DNA of 64,000 nt from Mobula hypostoma (Eukaryota): the NCBI RefSeq assembly GCF_963921235.1, contig NC_086109.1:84568001-84632000 (forward strand). Reading direction: 5' to 3'. The notes below the pieces were generated by a model, which had not been told where the DNA came from, did no database searches, and saw nothing but the letters and a program-made list of their open reading frames with translations. Numbering within the stretch: position 1 is the first letter of the stretch; every line of letters begins with the position of its first letter. A program made the translations under genes and the position numbers. Below are positions 59,756 to 64,000 of the stretch, one piece after another.

Positions 59756-61488
59756 TATTTCTCAAAGAAGACAAATGGTTTAAGATGGGAATTCAGAATT
59801 TTCCTTGCCCATCAGTCATGGGGAACCTGCGCTTGTCTCATTTGTTAGAAAGATTGAGCGCTGCAGATCTGGAAAGTCCTGAGATTAAGTAACAACATCC
59901 ACAGTGGGTTAGCTGATTTCAGCCATAGTAGGAATGGCCTGCTGAACTTAACAAGGAGACCCTGGGGTGTATTGCAGGACCATATCCCCTGTGGGCAGGG
60001 CTCAGAGATGTTCATTACACTCGACTTAATAATGATGCCCTCATTCCTGATGTGCACCTATGCATATCTATCAGCTAGACAAGCTTATTTGGTTACTGTG
60101 GATATGTTCACCACACAGACTGTCAAAGGAGCTGCACCAGCAACGTCTCCAGGGCAAACAGTGATGGTCAGTATTTGTTGGCCACACAATGGATGTCCAC
60201 AAACCACTCAAGAATGAAAAAAAGGATGCAGTATGATAAAATTACTACAAAATATCCTTGTTATTACTTTGGAGGTATTACTCGCTTCCATTCATTGTTA
60301 GTGAAACAAATTCTACCATCTGGCAGGAGACTGCGATGTATAAAGGCAGGAGCGGAAACAACTTCTTCCCTCAGGCCATTAAGCTTCTGAACTCCCTGCC
60401 ACATCGCATTCGAAGTGTCACTGGATAATTTGTGCTGTACCTTACAATATTTAATTTATGCACTTTTTAAAATCTATGTGTAATTCATTTGTAGATCTAA
60501 TTCTTACTTTCTTAAATTATTGTGTGTTATATGTGTGTTATGTGTACTACTGTGCTTTACACCCTGGTTTGGAGAAATGTTGTCTCATTTGTCAGTATAC
60601 ATGTATATAGTTAAATAACGATAAACTTGACTTGACTTGATCTAAGTAATACCAAATGATAGATAAAAGTTGATATGAAGGATAAAAGCAGATACAAACA
60701 TTCTAAGTGATTTACTGGGAAGAATATACCGAGTGACTCCTTACTGTGGGAAGTTAAAGCAATAATAGAAATTCCACCCCCACCCCCACCCCTTCCTCAT
60801 CTTACAAGAATGTTGCCTGAATTGGGGAGCATATCTTATGAGAATAGGTTGAGTGAACTTGGCCTTTTCTCCTTGGAGCGTCAGAGGATGAGAGGTGACC
60901 TGATAGAGCTGTATAAGATGATGAGAGGCATTGATTGTCTGGATAGTTAGAGGATTTTTTCCCAGGGCTGAAATGACAGTGAGTATACAGCTTGGTCTTA
61001 GCAGTCAGCTAAACTGTGAATCAGTTATACTGATTACTTGCGGAGGGAGGGACGGGACTTATTTTGCTGTTGTTCTGTTGTTGTTGCTGCTTGTGGCAAA
61101 TAAATGAATCTGACTGAATCTGAAGAAAGGAATAGAATCATTGTAGAAAGCTGGGTCAAGTGGATTCTATTCAGTCAGTAAAGATGAGCTTCTGTCACTC
61201 AATTCTCCAACACACTCATACACTGACTATTTTGGTTTCCTACTCTGCTCCAGTGCAGGTAAAAGTTACGCTCTGTTTACAGACCTGAACTGTTAACTCT
61301 GGAGCTCCCTCCACAGATTCTGCCTGACCTGGTCTGTATCTCCAACATTTTCTGTCTTAATCTCATATCAGTTATTTAGAATTTCTACTGATGTGGCCAG
61401 GTAGATTTTATTCAAACCTGTTCTGGTTTTCATAAACTAGTTTGACTTACTGTCTGAAGATTGACAGAGGGAAGAATATCGTGCAAAT

Positions 61489-61504
61489 TCGCCCTCTAGT
61501 GGCT
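61489..61504 (-). promoter_or_regulatory. Candidate CTCF site
   Basis: CCACTAGAGGGCGA matches the CTCF core CCASYAGRKGGCR. Confidence 0.45.
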
Positions 61505-62039
61505 TGGTGCCTATACAGCAGGCCAGGCGGACTCAGCTTCTGCACAATAAGTCATTCTTGGCTGAGTCTGCAGGCCGGAAGATTAAAGTCTGCCTTGCAT
61601 CCCTGGGTTAAAGGGGAGGGAGAAACACGACCTGCCATAGTTCTTGTTCCTGATTATGTGTTGTGACCCCTCTCATGGGGATTACCTTCACTTTCAGCAC
61701 CTGCACTAAATGGACTAAATGCAGATTCAATGGGGAGTGAGGCAGTACAATAAAAAAAAACAACAAAAATGCTGGAAATACTCAACAGGTCAGACTGCAT
61801 CTGTGGGAAGAGAAATAGAGCTCATGTTTTCTCAGAACTGGGAAGGAAACCAAAGTAGCTTGTTAAGCTGCAAGGAGGTTGGGGGAGCGGTATGTGTCTG
61901 AGAGCGTAAAACTGGGGTGACTGAGGAGGTAAGTTGAAAACAAGTGATAAAGCATCGCTAGATTCACAGGCTGAGTATGGGAGCATTGATCCATCTATAT
62001 GAATTTGATTTTTACCACAGTAACTAGATTTAAATTCAT

Positions 62040-62510
62040 GAATGTTACCTTGGTTTCATCACCTACGTTACAGAGAAAGGTTGAACAAGTTGGGTCTTTA
62101 TTCTTTGGAACGTAGAAGGTTGAGGGGGGACTTGATAGAGGTATTTAATATGAGGGGGATAGATAGAGTTAACATGGATAGCCTTTTTCCAATGAGAGTG
62201 GGGGAGATTCAAACAAGGGGACATGAATTGAGAGTTAAAGGGCAGAAGTTTAGGGGTAACATGAGGGGGAACTTCTTTACTCAGAGAGTGGTAGCTGTGT
62301 GGAACGAGCTTCCAGCAGAAGTGGTTGAGGCAGGTTCGATGTTGTCATTTAAAGTTAAATTGGACAGCTATATGGACAGGAAAGGAATGGAGGGTCATGG
62401 GCTGAGTGCAGGTCAGTGGGATTAGGTGAGAGTAAGAGTTCGGCAAGGACTAGAAGGGCTGAGATGGCCTGTTTCCGTGCTGTAATTGTTATATGGTTAT
62501 CTGGTTATAA
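62040..62510 (+). mobile_element. CR1 3' fragment
   Basis: [26 protein letters not shown]...FFTQRVVAVWNELP. Confidence 0.85.
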
Positions 62511-64000
62511 TGAAATAAGGTGGCATAGCTGGTTGAATTGTTGCCCTGTAGCTCCAGTGACTTGTGGTTGAAGTCTGCACCTTCTCCCTGCGACTGAGTG
62601 GGTTTCCTCTGGGTGCTCTGGTTTCCTCTCACATCCCAAAGTTGTGCTTGGCAGTAGATTAATTGGTCAATATAATCTGGTGTGTAGGTGAGTGGTAGAA
62701 CCAGGGAAGGTGTTGATGGAAATATGGGAAGAGAAAAATGAGTTCAGGTAGGATTTGTGTTTTTCACAGCTAGCATAAATATAAAGATAATAAAGATTAA
62801 CTTTTTTTGTCACATATACTGTACATCAAAACACTGAAACAGCGTCCTTTGTGTCAACAACCAAAGTGGCATGGTAGCATATTGCTTAGTGCAATGCTTT
62901 ATAGTACAGGGACCCAGGGCCAATTTCCGCCGCTGCCTACGAGGAGTTTGTACGTTCTTCCCGTGACCGCATAGATTTCCTCTGGGTGCTCTGGTTTCCT
63001 CCCACCGTCCAAAGTCATACTGGCTGGTAGGTTAATTGGTCATTGTAAATTGTCCCGTGATTAGGCTAGGATTAAATTAGGGCATTGCTGGGTGGTGTGG
63101 CTCGAAGGGACAGAAGGGCCTATTCCATGCTGTATCTCAGTAAGTAAATAAATCAAGCTGAGCTGTGGGCCGCCCACAAGTGTCGCCAAGCTTCTGGCAC
63201 CAAAGTAGAATACTCACAACTTACTAACCCTAAACTGTGTTTCGGGAGGAACCTGGAACACCCAGAGGAAACCCATGGGGTAACGAGGAGGACGTACAAA
63301 CTCCTTACAGACAGTGGTAGGAATTGAACCCTGTTCTTCTGGTTGCTGGCGCTGTAAAACATTATGCTAACCGTTACACCACTGTGCCACCATCATAAAC
63401 TTGGTGGGTTAAAGGGCCTGTTTCTGTGTTGTGTTTTTCTGTGGCTCCATATCTGTAATTAAAACAATTCTCAGTAACAATAACACAAATTTAGCTGATT
63501 GCATACAACAGAAGGACTACAGCCGTGCTGTAGGGTTTGGAAGCTTGCTTGCCTCAGTGACCCTGAGACCTATGTTGGCTGGAGTCAACGCTTTATGCTT
63601 TGGCTCTTGGTAGGGTCACCTATGTCAAACAGGTCAAAGTGTAAAGGCCAGACTAAGAGTGGTCCACTGATCCTCCAGGTTTGGGGGTTCAGCTCAGGGC
63701 TAACAACCCTGACTTGTAACACAGACCTGTTATGGAAACAGTAATGAAGAATTCTTCTACAACTGAATGGCCAAGGACTGACAGAGATGGAGGATCTTCA
63801 TTGCCGCCCCAAACACCAGCAGCATAACAGGCGGTAAGTAAGTAAAGTAATCTTATATTGAATATTTAGTGTAATTGATGGGATATGAACTGATTGCCGC
63901 TGTGTTAGGCATCAGATGAAGAGGAGGTCAAGGACAGGGTAATGATACCCAACAAAAACAAATAATGACTTAACACATCTGAAGCCTTTTCCCAGTAGAG

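Noticed and set aside
61451-61700. Possible non-coding ACAN 5' exon (gtaagt donor at 61450, tgcag acceptor near 61701)
   Set aside because: Only splice-like motifs, partly within what looks like an old SINE; no transcript evidence is available.

Overview
Eukaryotic (vertebrate) genomic DNA, most likely a cartilaginous fish such as a ray, judged from the repeat landscape (moderate confidence). The window holds nearly all of the aggrecan gene (ACAN) on the minus strand. I resolved 16 coding exons by hand, all with GT-AG sites and consistent phases: signal peptide, G1 (Ig plus 2 Link), interglobular domain, G2, KS-like exon, a 2829-nt CS exon, EGF1, EGF2 and three C-type lectin exons. Together they give 6115 nt (about 2038 aa). 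The sushi/CCP exon and last exon lie left of the window, and exon 1 probably lies right of it. Introns are dense with CR1, Rex1/Babar, L2-clade and Penelope-like fragments, tRNA-derived SINEs, MITEs and two solo LTRs. Intron 6 contains a young, essentially full-length CR1 LINE. Its most striking property is that ORF1 ends in a canonical, correctly phased -1 slippery heptamer (U UUA AAC followed by UAG), while the AUG-less ORF2 lies in the -1 frame, which suggests Gag-Pol-like programmed frameshifting. The element also has a tandem-monomer 5' promoter. Other highlights are a highly homogenised 30/60-bp coding tandem repeat in the CS exon and a minimal hammerhead ribozyme fold in a Penelope-type tail.
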